A DNA stretch of 64,000 nt, taken from positions 135,091 through 199,090 of the forward strand of contig OY969933.1 of assembly GCA_963704715.1 (NCBI GenBank), written 5' to 3'. Source of the DNA: Vulcanimicrobiota bacterium. GTDB taxonomy: Bacteria > Vulcanimicrobiota > Vulcanimicrobiia > Vulcanimicrobiales > Vulcanimicrobiaceae. Positions 10,058 to 18,940 of this stretch are shown one piece after another. How positions within the stretch are numbered: position 1 is the first letter of the stretch; every line of letters starts with the position of its first letter. A program made the position numbers and the translations under genes. The notes under the pieces are model-generated. The model did not search any database. It saw only the letters and a list, made by a program, of their open reading frames with translations, and was not told where the DNA came from.

Positions 10058-10958
10058 CGCGGAGGCCCGGCGGTCGCGCGTCGCCGTCGCGATCGTGCAG
10101 ACCAAGCCGGCCAAAGGACGCTACCAGGAGAACCTGCGCGGCGCAGGAGAGGCGTTCGCCGCGCTCGGCCCGCGCACCGAACTCGTCGTCTTTCCCGAAG
10201 CGGCATTTACCGGATATTTTCTCGAAGGCGCCGTCTACGATCTGGCGTTGAGCGCGCCGCGTTTTGCAAGCGATCTCGCGCGAACCTGGCGCAGCGCGCG
10301 CGGCGGCGACGAGATCGACATCGTGGCCGGTTTCTACGAGAACGACGGCGGCACGTATTACAACTCGGCGCTGTATCTGCAGGTGGGGCACGATGCGGAG
10401 CGCGTCCTGCACGTCCACCGCAAGCTGTTCTTGCCGACGTACGGCGTCTTCGACGAGGAGCGCTTCCTCTCGCGCGGACGAAAAGTCGGGACGTTCGAAA
10501 CGCGCTTCGGCCGCATGGCGATGCTCGTTTGCGAAGATGCATGGCACGCGATCGTGCCGACGATTGCCGCCGTCAAGGGCGCGCGAATTCTCTTGGTCCC
10601 GGCTGCATCGCCCGGTCGCGGGATCGACGGCCACGGAGAACTCGCAAGCATCACGCGCTGGCGCCAGATTCTGAGCGCAACCGCGGTCGAGCACGGGATC
10701 TTCGTCCTCTACGCGGGCTTGACCGGATTCGAAGGCGGCAAGGGCTTGAGCGGAACGTCGTGTGTGATCGATCCTCGCGGCAACGTGTTGGTGGAAGCTC
10801 CGTCGAACGAAGCCTGCATCCTGCGCGCCGAGATCGATCTGCGCGAGATCGACCTGGCGCGGGCGAGCCTGCCGCTGCTCGGCGATTTGGAGGCCGTATT
10901 GCCGGACCTCATCCTCGACGAGGAGCTGCCCGTCCCGCGCGGTGTGGGAACACCGTAA
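10044..10958 (+). CDS. carbon-nitrogen hydrolase (nitrilase superfamily), probable glutaminase partner of NadE
   Basis: Glu/Lys/Cys triad contexts 'VVFPEAAFTGYF', 'HRKLFLPTYGVFDEERF' and 'MLVCEDAWH'. ATG 10044 chosen (14-nt overlap with the upstream gene). It overlaps the nadE start. Confidence 0.75.
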   Translation: MAAVDAEARRSRVAVAIVQTKPAKGRYQENLRGAGEAFAALGPRTELVVFPEAAFTGYFLEGAVYDLALSAPRFASDLARTWRSARGGDEIDIVAGFYENDGGTYYNSALYLQVGHDAERVLHVHRKLFLPTYGVFDEERFLSRGRKVGTFETRFGRMAMLVCEDAWHAIVPTIAAVKGARILLVPAASPGRGIDGHGELASITRWRQILSATAVEHGIFVLYAGLTGFEGGKGLSGTSCVIDPRGNVLVEAPSNEACILRAEIDLREIDLARASLPLLGDLEAVLPDLILDEELPVPRGVGTP

Positions 10959-11811
10959 CGTGACGTTCTCGATCGTCGACGCTCCGCCGCCGTCACCGCG
11001 TCCGCCGGCCATCGATTGCGCGGTGACCGCGGAATGGCTCACGGCCTTTCTGCGCGACGAACTGCGATTTCGCCGCAACATCCACCGCGCGGTCGTTGGG
11101 TTGTCGGGCGGCGTCGATTCGGCCGTCACCGCGTACTTGTGCGCGCGAGCGCTCGGTCCCGAAAGCGTCTACGCCTTCCGGCTGCCGTACGCAACCTCGA
11201 GCCCAGCAAGTCTCGCCGACGCTCAGCTCGTCGTCGACGACCTCCACATTCACTGCCGCACGATCGACATCACCGCCGCGGTGGACGGCTATTTGCAATA
11301 CGAGCCGGACGCCGGCGCACGCCGGCGCGGAAACGTGATGGCGCGGACGCGCATGGTCGTGCTCTTCGATCAGTCGGCAAAACTCGACGCCCTGCCCGTC
11401 GGAACCGGAAACAAGACGGAGCGGCTGCTCGGCTATTTCACGTGGCACGCCGACGATACGCCGCCGGTCAACCCCATCGGCGACCTCTTCAAAACGCAAG
11501 TATGGGCGCTGGCGCGCTATCTCGGGGTTCCGCAGGCACTCGTCGATAAAGCGCCGAGCGCCGATCTTGAAGCCGACCAAACCGACGAGGCCGACCTCGG
11601 CATCACCTACGCGCGCGCCGACGCACTTCTCGCGGAGCTGCTGCTGGGCTACAGCGACGCGCAGCTCGTCGAACGCGGCTTCTCGCCCGATGAAGTCGCG
11701 CTCGTGCGCCGCCGCGTCGATGCGACCCACTGGAAGCGGCATCTGCCGACGACGGCGATGCTCACGAATACCGCCATCAACGAATTTTACTTGCGCCCCG
11801 TCGATTACTAA
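10942..11811 (+). CDS. nadE: NAD+ synthetase, single-domain form
   Basis: PP-loop 'VVGLSGGVDSAV', plus 'GTGNKTERLLGYFT' and 'KTQVWALARYLGVP'. 289 aa. Confidence 0.85.
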   Translation: MWEHRNVTFSIVDAPPPSPRPPAIDCAVTAEWLTAFLRDELRFRRNIHRAVVGLSGGVDSAVTAYLCARALGPESVYAFRLPYATSSPASLADAQLVVDDLHIHCRTIDITAAVDGYLQYEPDAGARRRGNVMARTRMVVLFDQSAKLDALPVGTGNKTERLLGYFTWHADDTPPVNPIGDLFKTQVWALARYLGVPQALVDKAPSADLEADQTDEADLGITYARADALLAELLLGYSDAQLVERGFSPDEVALVRRRVDATHWKRHLPTTAMLTNTAINEFYLRPVDY

Positions 11812-11814
11812 TGG

Positions 11815-12076
11815 CCCGTAACGCGCAGATGTGTAGTGCCGCTAGCGGTTTTCAGGATGAGATGCGAGGAGCGATGAGCGACAAAAGCAGCGCTTTGCGA
11901 GCGAAGAGCGATGACGCAAGTCGCCTGAAAACCACTAGCCCTGCGGGTCACGGGCAGCACGGGCGCGCTGGCTGCGTTGCTCGTCGGTCACAGAACTACG
12001 GCTATGCTCCCTCCTCGCGCCTTGCCAATCGCACCCCTGGTGCCCATGACGGCACTACACATCTGCGCGTTACAGG
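11815..12076. mobile_element. MITE-like non-autonomous element (27-bp TIRs, 10-bp flanking direct repeat)
   Basis: 11815-11841 is the reverse complement of 12050-12076 (26/27 match). It is flanked by TTACTAATGG (11805-11814) and TTACTAGTGG (12077-12086). Nested inverted repeats lie at 11842-11856/11924-11938 and 11947-11956/12041-12050. Confidence 0.45.
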
Positions 12077-12082
12077 TTACTA

Positions 12083-12682
12083 GTGGAAGCACGAGCGAAG
12101 AACGTGCGGAAGCCTTTTTTCCCGGTGAGTTTGAATCTCGACGGGCGATTATGCGTGGTCGTGGGAGAAGCGTCCGATCGCGAAGCGGTGGAGAAGGCGG
12201 CAGCGCTCGAAGAAGCGGGGGCGGCGGTGCGGCGCATCACCGATCCGCAGAACGTGCGCGACGAAGACGTGACCGATGCGTTCTTCGTCATCTCGACGCC
12301 GCAGGACGAGGCGCTTTCGGCCAGGATGCGCGCGCTCGCCGACCGGTACGGATTTTTGCTGTGCTGCATCGATCAGCCGGCGCATGGGTTCGTCGCAATG
12401 GCTGCGATCGCGAAGGCCGGTCCCGTACGCGTCGCGATTTCCACGACCGGATTGGCGCCGCGCGTCGGGAAAATCCTGAAGCAGGCACTGCAGAAGGCGA
12501 TGGATGTCCGCTTCACGCGGTTCGTGGAACGCTTGGCCCGGATGCGCGAGACGGAACGCGAACGGCATCCGCGACCGGAAGAGGCGCCCCTGCGCCGTCG
12601 CGCGATGATCGAGGCCGCCGACGGGTTTTCTGCGGACGTGCGCTTTGCGTACCCCGAATGGTTCGACGATGGCGAGCGTTGA
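12083..12682 (+). CDS. sirC: precorrin-2 dehydrogenase / sirohydrochlorin ferrochelatase (siroheme synthase N-terminal type)
   Basis: 'FFPVSLNLDGRLCVVVGEASDREAVEKAAALEEAGAAV' matches the CysG-N/SirC Rossmann start. 199 aa; GTG start. Confidence 0.7.
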   Translation: MEARAKNVRKPFFPVSLNLDGRLCVVVGEASDREAVEKAAALEEAGAAVRRITDPQNVRDEDVTDAFFVISTPQDEALSARMRALADRYGFLLCCIDQPAHGFVAMAAIAKAGPVRVAISTTGLAPRVGKILKQALQKAMDVRFTRFVERLARMRETERERHPRPEEAPLRRRAMIEAADGFSADVRFAYPEWFDDGER

Positions 12683-13931
12683 ACTCGTCGCGGTCGGCAC
12701 CGAACTGCTCTTGGGTCAGTTAACCGATACGAATACGCCGCACATCGCGCGGCGGCTGGCGGAGATCGGCGTCGACGTCCGGGGAACGCATGCGGTCGGC
12801 GACAATCGCGAACGCATCGCGGAGACGATCCGCGGCGTGCTCGAACGCCGCGACGGCGCGATCGTCACCGGCGGACTCGGGCCGACCGTCGACGATCTCA
12901 CGAAAGAGGCCGTGTGCGACGCGCTCGGGACCGGAACGGAACTCTACGAGCCGGCGTTGCGGCAGATGGAGGCCTTCTTTGCGCAGATCGGTCGCGAGAT
13001 GCGGCCGAACAACCGCAAGCAGGCGGAACTTCCGCGCGGAAGTTTGCCGTTGGAGAATCCCTTCGGTACCGCTCCGGGCTTTGTCGCGTTTGCCACCGGC
13101 GGGGGATTCGTGGCGTGCATGCCGGGCGTTCCTCACGAGATGAAACCGATGCTCGCCAACGCGCTGCTGCCGTTCTTGATGGAACGCTTCGGGCTGCGCG
13201 ACGGCATTCACACGCGCGTCCTGCACACGATCGGCATCGGCGAGTCGGAGATCGACCATCGCATCGACGATCTGTTTCGCGCGTCTGAGAATCCGAAGAT
13301 CGCGGTGCTCGCGCACGGCTCGCGCGCCGACGTCAAGATCATGGCGAAGAGTGCGAACGCCGCGCAAGCGCGAGCGATGATCGCGCCGCTGGAGACCGAG
13401 ATCGAGCGCCGGTTGGAGGGATACGTTTACGGCGCCGACGAGGCGACGGTCGAATCGGCCGTGCTCGCCCTGCTGCGCGAGCGCGCGTGGACGGCCGCAA
13501 CGGCGGAGTCGTGCACCGGCGGACGCATCGCGGCGGCGCTCACGCGGGTGGCGGGAGCGTCGCAGAGCTTCGCTGGCGGCATCGTCGCCTACGACAACGC
13601 GGTCAAGATAGCGTCGCTCGGCGTCGACGCGTCGTTAATCGCGCACGACGGCGCGGTGAGCGAAAGCGTGGCGCTGGCGATGGCACGCGGAGCGCGCGCC
13701 CGGCTGAAGGCGGACATCGCACTCTCCACGACGGGGATTGCCGGCCCGGGCGGCGGCTCGGACGAAAAACCGGTCGGCCTCGTCTACGTTGCCATCGACG
13801 ACGCAAGCGGAACGTCGCGTGCCTGGCACGTGCAGCTGCGCGGAGACCGCGAGACGATCCAGTCACGCGCGACTACCTACGCGCTCGGATTGCTCTGGCG
13901 CCGGCTCCGCAGCGTGACCGAAGCGCTATGA
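12669..13931 (+). CDS. cinA: CinA family protein (MoCF-like domain plus nicotinamide-nucleotide amidohydrolase PncC domain)
   Basis: 'VELVAVGTELLLGQLTDTN' at the N-terminus and 'TAESCTGG' in the C-terminal domain. ATG 12669 overlaps the upstream stop region. Confidence 0.85.
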   Translation: MASVELVAVGTELLLGQLTDTNTPHIARRLAEIGVDVRGTHAVGDNRERIAETIRGVLERRDGAIVTGGLGPTVDDLTKEAVCDALGTGTELYEPALRQMEAFFAQIGREMRPNNRKQAELPRGSLPLENPFGTAPGFVAFATGGGFVACMPGVPHEMKPMLANALLPFLMERFGLRDGIHTRVLHTIGIGESEIDHRIDDLFRASENPKIAVLAHGSRADVKIMAKSANAAQARAMIAPLETEIERRLEGYVYGADEATVESAVLALLRERAWTAATAESCTGGRIAAALTRVAGASQSFAGGIVAYDNAVKIASLGVDASLIAHDGAVSESVALAMARGARARLKADIALSTTGIAGPGGGSDEKPVGLVYVAIDDASGTSRAWHVQLRGDRETIQSRATTYALGLLWRRLRSVTEAL

Positions 13932-13946
13932 GAACTCCAAGCGACG

Positions 13947-13969
13947 AGGAAGCAACGCTGCTGCTTCCT
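13947..13969 (+). terminator. stem-loop downstream of cinA
   Basis: AGGAAGCA (13947-13954) pairs with TGCTTCCT (13962-13969). No clear U-tract. Confidence 0.35.
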
Positions 13970-14030
13970 GAACCGCTGGTGGCGAACGGAAAGCCTTTCC
14001 GGCGTTCCTTTTAACGCGCGCGCCGGCGAT

Positions 14031-14049
14031 GTCAACGGTTTCTGTTGAC
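14031..14049 (-). terminator. stem-loop at the 3' end of the Gfo/Idh/MocA gene
   Basis: GTCAAC (14031-14036) pairs with GTTGAC (14044-14049) around a 7-nt loop, abutting the TAG stop. No U-tract. Confidence 0.3.
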
Positions 14050-15098
14050 TACCGTGCGTTCGAAAGCGTCGGGGTAGCGTAGCCGATCGCTTCCAGCACG
14101 CGTTGCGTTTCGAGCGCCTCTTCGAACGTCGGCAGCGCGTTGGGGCGCCCCTCGATGGCGTTGAGGAACTCGTCGTACAACTCCATCAGGAGCGGCACGT
14201 TCCCGTTGATCGAGCCGAAGGACGCGTAGGGCGAGGGCTTGCACTGCAGTTCGCTCGTCTCTTCCGAGTCGATGGAGAAGAGTGTGAGTTCGACGATATT
14301 GGGCCCGCTGGCGACGGCGGTGCGATCTTCGCCGTGCACGGCACACGTGTAGCCCTCCGCGCAGGTTGTAGCGTCGGCAGTCAACCGGCCGACGAACCCG
14401 TCGCCGAAGTCGAGCAGCGCGAATGCGCCGTCGTCGACGGTGGAGACGAAATCGCCGGCTTCGTCGCTGCGCCGCGGGTTCGCCGCACGCGTGAATCCAA
14501 CTGCGTGTTGCGGGGCACGGCCGGCGAGCCAGCCGGCGTGATCGACGATGTGCGACATCATCGCCCCGGCCAGGCCACCCCCGCGTTCGCGCTCGAACCA
14601 CCAGCCCCGGCGGCGCGTTTCGTGCCGGTGAAGCATACGCCGCAACATCGTGATTTCGATGTTCCGCAGCGGATCGAGGTGATGGTTGTCGACGAGTTCC
14701 TTGAGGGCGCGCGCCTGGGGAGTGAATCGAAACTCGTGCACGATCCCGCAAGCGGTACCTGCGTACGCCGCCGCCCCGACCATGCGTTGTGCCGACTCGA
14801 CGTTGAGGGCGAAGGGCTTTTCGCAGAGGACGTGCTTTTCGCGCTCGAGCGATGCGAGAACGTCGTGCAGGTGCGAGAACGGCGGCGACGCCACGACGAC
14901 GGCGTCGAGTTCGCAGCCGGCGAGCATTTCGTCGCACGAACGAAATGCGTGCGGCACCGTTCCCTCGGCGGCGTGCCGCGCGGCGCTCGACGGCGAGGCC
15001 AGCGCGACGACCTCGAAGCGCGGATGGGCGCGCAGCGCCGGCAGATGCGAACTGACGCCGAACCCGGCGCCGACGATACCCACGCGAATCGAATGCAT
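14049..15098 (-). CDS. Gfo/Idh/MocA family oxidoreductase
   Basis: N-terminal Rossmann 'IRVGIVGAGFGVSSHLPAL' and 'VLCEKPFAL' motif. AGGAG lies 6 nt upstream of ATG 15098, overlapping the aminotransferase stop. Confidence 0.85.
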   Translation of the reverse strand: MHSIRVGIVGAGFGVSSHLPALRAHPRFEVVALASPSSAARHAAEGTVPHAFRSCDEMLAGCELDAVVVASPPFSHLHDVLASLEREKHVLCEKPFALNVESAQRMVGAAAYAGTACGIVHEFRFTPQARALKELVDNHHLDPLRNIEITMLRRMLHRHETRRRGWWFERERGGGLAGAMMSHIVDHAGWLAGRAPQHAVGFTRAANPRRSDEAGDFVSTVDDGAFALLDFGDGFVGRLTADATTCAEGYTCAVHGEDRTAVASGPNIVELTLFSIDSEETSELQCKPSPYASFGSINGNVPLLMELYDEFLNAIEGRPNALPTFEEALETQRVLEAIGYATPTLSNAR

Positions 15099-15107
15099 CG
15101 TCCGCTC

Positions 15108-16409
15108 CTACTCGGCCGCGCCGGCCGCGGCCTCCAAGAGGTCGAGTCCGCGCGAGAGCTGCGTTTGCGTGATGACGAGCGGAGGCGAGATCGAAATTGC
15201 GTCGCCGCGCGTTCCCGATTGCAGCAGAATGAGGCCGCGCTGCAGCGCGCGTCTGACGACGCTTTGCGCGGTGGCCGCGTCGCGAAATTGTGCGCCCCAC
15301 AGCAGCCCGCGCCCGCGTACCGCGCGGACGAGGCACCGGGAACGTAGAGCTTCGAGACGCGTGCGAACGTACGGCTCGAAGGCGGCGGCTCGCGCGACGA
15401 GATCGAGCCGCTCGATCTCGTCGATGGTGGCGAGCGCGGCGGCGCAGCCCATCGGGTTGCCGAGATACGTCGACGTATGCAGCGCTTCGCCGCGCGATGC
15501 GGGCCACGCATCCATGACCGCGGCGCGCGCGATCGTCGCGCTAATCGGGAAGCCCGATCCCATGGCTTTTCCGATACAGAGAACATCCGGGATCACCGCA
15601 TCGCGCTGCACGGCAAACCACGTGCCCGTCCGGCCGAAGCCGGTGAAGATTTCGTCGGCGATCAGCAGCGCGCCGATCTCGTCGCACAGCGCGCGCAGCG
15701 CGCGCAGATATCCGTCGGGCGGGACGACGACGCCGCCGCGTCCTTGAATCGGTTCGACGATGACGGCGGCGACGTTCCCAGCCGCGTGCAGCGAGGCCCG
15801 CGTTTTCGCGATCGCCTCGTCTGCCGTGATGCCGCTGCCTGCATCCGGATAGTTCAACGGCACCGCGTCCGGGCCAAGTGCCCGAGCGAAGGGTCGGCGG
15901 AACGCTTCGATCCCACACAACGGCAGCGTCCCGAGCGAGAGTCCGTGATACGCACCGCGGTACGCGGCAAAACGCGCGCGGCCGGTTGCCAGCATTGCGG
16001 TTTTGAGCGCCGCTTCCACGGCTTCCGAGCCGGTAGTCGCGAGAAACGTTTTCCACTCCGCCCCGGGAAGCAATGCCGCGATGCGTTCGAGCAGGCGCGC
16101 GCGCACCGCGGTGGGATGCACGTCGCCCATGCCGTGCGTCAGGCGGGCGGCTTGTTCGGCGATCGCTCCGGCAACGCGGCGATTGGCATGGCCGGCGTTG
16201 GCGACGCCAAACGCCGCGGTAAAATCGAGATACCGGTTTCCGTCAACGTCGGTGACCGTGGCGCCCTCGGCGCTATCCCAGAAAACCGGAAAGTCGTCGG
16301 AGAACGCGGTGACGTTCCGCGATTCGAATCGCTCGAGCAAGGCACGATAGGGTTGCGACGCCGGGCCGGGAACGGCGCCCGCGATGCGATCGAGATCGTC
16401 GGCGCTCAC
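15108..16409 (-). CDS. class-III (omega-type) PLP aminotransferase
   Basis: 'YLDFTAAFGVANAGHANRRV', 'LIADEIFTGFGRTGTWF' and the PLP-lysine context 'CIGKAMGSGFP'. GTG 16409 overlaps the LuxC-like TGA by 4 nt. The upstream part of track ORF 15108..17159 is a shadow frame. Confidence 0.85.
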   Translation of the reverse strand: MSADDLDRIAGAVPGPASQPYRALLERFESRNVTAFSDDFPVFWDSAEGATVTDVDGNRYLDFTAAFGVANAGHANRRVAGAIAEQAARLTHGMGDVHPTAVRARLLERIAALLPGAEWKTFLATTGSEAVEAALKTAMLATGRARFAAYRGAYHGLSLGTLPLCGIEAFRRPFARALGPDAVPLNYPDAGSGITADEAIAKTRASLHAAGNVAAVIVEPIQGRGGVVVPPDGYLRALRALCDEIGALLIADEIFTGFGRTGTWFAVQRDAVIPDVLCIGKAMGSGFPISATIARAAVMDAWPASRGEALHTSTYLGNPMGCAAALATIDEIERLDLVARAAAFEPYVRTRLEALRSRCLVRAVRGRGLLWGAQFRDAATAQSVVRRALQRGLILLQSGTRGDAISISPPLVITQTQLSRGLDLLEAAAGAAE

Positions 16410-17656
16410 GTTTCGTTGCCGATCCAACGCACGAACTCGGCGATGCGCGGCCGTCCACCATGATAGCCACGCAGCGGCGGCGATTGCAGCGCGCCCAACG
16501 GGGCGATGCGCGACGCACCCAACGCGCGCGCAATCGCCGCGCCGCCATCCCGCAGACCGGCGACGGCGAGCGCTTCGATCGGAATCCGATGCCGCGTGAC
16601 GTAATGCGCCGCGTCGGCAGGTGCGTCCACGCTGAAAACGGCGAGCGCCCGCGGCAGAAACGGCGGTGCATCGTCGCGCGGCTGATCGAGCACGATGAGA
16701 TACGCCGCGTCCGGCCGGGAAAAGACTGCTCCACGCGCACCGCTTGCGCGGAAGGAGGCGGCATCGCGCGCGGCGGCGACCGGCGTCAACCGCCCTGCAT
16801 CGAACGCGCCCGGCGGAAACTCGACGCTCGCGATCTCGGTTGCACGCTCGACCATGCTGCAGAACGCTTCCGGCGATACGCCGCCTCCTCGTTCGACGAA
16901 GAGCACGCGCAGCGAGAGGCAGCCTTCCGTGTCGTAGAGCACGAGGTCGCGGGCGGCGCCTTCGGCGATGCGTGCAGCGTTCGAGGGAGTGTCGAGTGCG
17001 TCGCGCCCGACGTAGCCGCAGCTCGCCTTCGAACCGTAGCCGATCCACCGCGCCTCGGCAGCTAGGTCCGCGCGAATGCGGCGCAGCGTTGCGTCGTCGC
17101 CGAACGCGACGACGGCCGCGAATTCGCCGAGAGGCCGGCGGTCGCGTTCGCCGTCCCACGTCGAGGTCGCGGCAGCCGTTGCAAATTCCTCGAGTTCCTC
17201 AGACAGCGTTTTGAAAAACGCCGCGACCAGCGCGTCGTCGCGATCCTTGACGAGCACGTCGCATTTCGCGCACAGCGCGAAGATCGCCGGGACGATCGCG
17301 ACGCCGATCGTCGTTCGGCTCGACAGGATGCAGACGCGCCCGACCGGCAGCGCGCGCGAACGCAGTCGTCCGGGCGCGTCGACGAAACCGTCGAGTGCTT
17401 CGAGCGATCCGACTTCGTTTCGAATGACGCCTTCGATTGCGTCGCGCGTCAATGCGGAAAAGAGACGATCGAGCGCATACTCGACGACGGGCACGGAATA
17501 GCCGGTGCGTTCGCAGACCGCGGTGGTGACGCGAACGCGTGCTGGGAAGTCGGGGTCAGTCCAGCGTTCGGCGGCGTCGGCAACGGCGCGAACGATCGAA
17601 CGAACCGGGCGCTCGATGAGGGAGCCTGTGAAGAAGTCCATGTCGCAGTCGTGCAT
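16406..17656 (-). CDS. LuxC-like acyl-CoA/acyl-protein reductase (aldehyde-forming)
   Basis: 416 aa, ALDH-like. 'VCILSSRTTIGVAIVPAIFALCAKCDVLVKDRDD' and the Cys context 'YDTEGCLSLRVLFVE' resemble LuxC-family (PF05893-type) proteins as I recall them. Confidence 0.6.
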   Translation of the reverse strand: MHDCDMDFFTGSLIERPVRSIVRAVADAAERWTDPDFPARVRVTTAVCERTGYSVPVVEYALDRLFSALTRDAIEGVIRNEVGSLEALDGFVDAPGRLRSRALPVGRVCILSSRTTIGVAIVPAIFALCAKCDVLVKDRDDALVAAFFKTLSEELEEFATAAATSTWDGERDRRPLGEFAAVVAFGDDATLRRIRADLAAEARWIGYGSKASCGYVGRDALDTPSNAARIAEGAARDLVLYDTEGCLSLRVLFVERGGGVSPEAFCSMVERATEIASVEFPPGAFDAGRLTPVAAARDAASFRASGARGAVFSRPDAAYLIVLDQPRDDAPPFLPRALAVFSVDAPADAAHYVTRHRIPIEALAVAGLRDGGAAIARALGASRIAPLGALQSPPLRGYHGGRPRIAEFVRWIGNET

Positions 17657-17717
17657 CTTCGAGCGGGAAGCGCGAAACTCCCGAGGTCCTCAAGCCGCGA
17701 GCGGCTAAAGGCGCGGC

Positions 17718-18935
17718 ATGCCCTGGTTCCCTCGCGCGTTTTTTCTGGTCGTAGCGACGATCGCGATCGCCGCCGCCGGCTGCACGCGATACGGCAAGCC
17801 GACGCCGGTGCCACCGACGATTCCACCGCTCACCGTGCTTATCGTCAATCCGGCCAGCGGGAGCGACACGACCGGTAACGGCACGAGCGAGAAGCCGTAC
17901 AGGACGTTGACCAAAGCGCTCGCCGTCGTTAAAAACTCGGCGACGCCCGGACTGACGATTCAACTCGCGCCCGGTCAGTACACGACGGCGAACGGCGAGG
18001 TTTTCCCCATCGTCGTTCCAACCGGCGTCACCATCGACGGCAGCGGTTACACGGGGCAGGCCGGCTTCCCGAAAGGAACGTTCATCAACGGCATCGGGGA
18101 GGACACGGCGCTCGAGAAGCTCGCCGGTTTCGCGCCGCAATCCGCCTACGCAACGCTCGAGATCGGCGCCGGCGTCACGTCGGTTTCGCTCAACAACATC
18201 TACGCGGGCGTCACGCGGTTCGGAACGCTCAATCCGAGGGCCGCCTACAGCACGCTCGATGCGCTCGGCTCGTTGAGCATTGGGCATGCATCGCTCGGCG
18301 CCGGGACGCTCTTCAAAGGCCACCCGAATGGAACCGGAATCGCCGTGCCGAGCGGCGATCTCACCTGCATCGGCTGCGCGATTGCGGGTGGCGCAGCGGC
18401 CCTCGTCGCGTATACGCTGCCCAACGGCGCGTCGCCGCCGCTCATCGTCTTGAGCGGACAGCCGACCCAGGGCGTCATCGGCGGCACCATCGGCATCCTG
18501 ACCGACGGATACGCCGGCATCGCCGCATCGTATCAAACGTTTCAATCAAGGCAGTATGCTTTTTCGGACAAGTTTCCACCGCTCGTTCCGTCGAGCGGAT
18601 CGTTCGTTCTTAGCACGCCGGACTTCGGCAACGCGCCGAATACCGTTTCGCCCGGCGGCAACTCGTTTATCGGCGTCGGAACGTCGGGCCTTTTCGTCAC
18701 GTTGCCGCTCGATCAAGTCTACGCCGAAGGCGATTACTGGACGCCCAACCAGCAAGGCGCCAACGTACACGGCCAGTATCCGAGGAAGCGCCTTTTTAGC
18801 GCCGGAGCGAGCGGCAAGAACGTCACCATAGCGCCGAACGCCTCGGGTGCGGGGGTCCTGGTCGGCCCCATTCCACCGCCCACGCCGACGCCTCCGCCGT
18901 CCGGCAGCCCAAGCACGAGCCCGAGCCCGACGTAA
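17718..18935 (+). CDS. right-handed beta-helix (DUF1565-like) lipoprotein with Pro/Ser/Thr-rich tail
   Basis: Lipobox 'AIAAAGC'. 'GSDTTGNGTSEKPYRTLTKAL...IQLAPGQY' is the usual DUF1565/pectate-lyase-fold start. C-terminal 'PPPTPTPPPSGSPSTSPSPT'. Confidence 0.55.
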   Translation: MPWFPRAFFLVVATIAIAAAGCTRYGKPTPVPPTIPPLTVLIVNPASGSDTTGNGTSEKPYRTLTKALAVVKNSATPGLTIQLAPGQYTTANGEVFPIVVPTGVTIDGSGYTGQAGFPKGTFINGIGEDTALEKLAGFAPQSAYATLEIGAGVTSVSLNNIYAGVTRFGTLNPRAAYSTLDALGSLSIGHASLGAGTLFKGHPNGTGIAVPSGDLTCIGCAIAGGAAALVAYTLPNGASPPLIVLSGQPTQGVIGGTIGILTDGYAGIAASYQTFQSRQYAFSDKFPPLVPSSGSFVLSTPDFGNAPNTVSPGGNSFIGVGTSGLFVTLPLDQVYAEGDYWTPNQQGANVHGQYPRKRLFSAGASGKNVTIAPNASGAGVLVGPIPPPTPTPPPSGSPSTSPSPT

Positions 18936-18940
18936 GCGCG

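Noticed and set aside
11811-12083. The 90-aa ORF as an ordinary protein-coding gene
   Set aside because: It coincides exactly with a TIR/TSD-bounded, highly self-complementary element. It has T-rich third codon positions unlike neighbouring genes and no hydrophobic core. I kept it only as a possible coupling ORF in the MITE finding.
14032-17159. Long alternative-frame ORFs over the oxidoreductase/aminotransferase/LuxC-like genes (for example 14032..15507, 14558..15586, 14103..15347, and the upstream part of 15108..17159)
   Set aside because: They have extreme Arg/Ala/Pro content and no motifs. Each overlaps a gene with strong family signatures in another frame or on the other strand.
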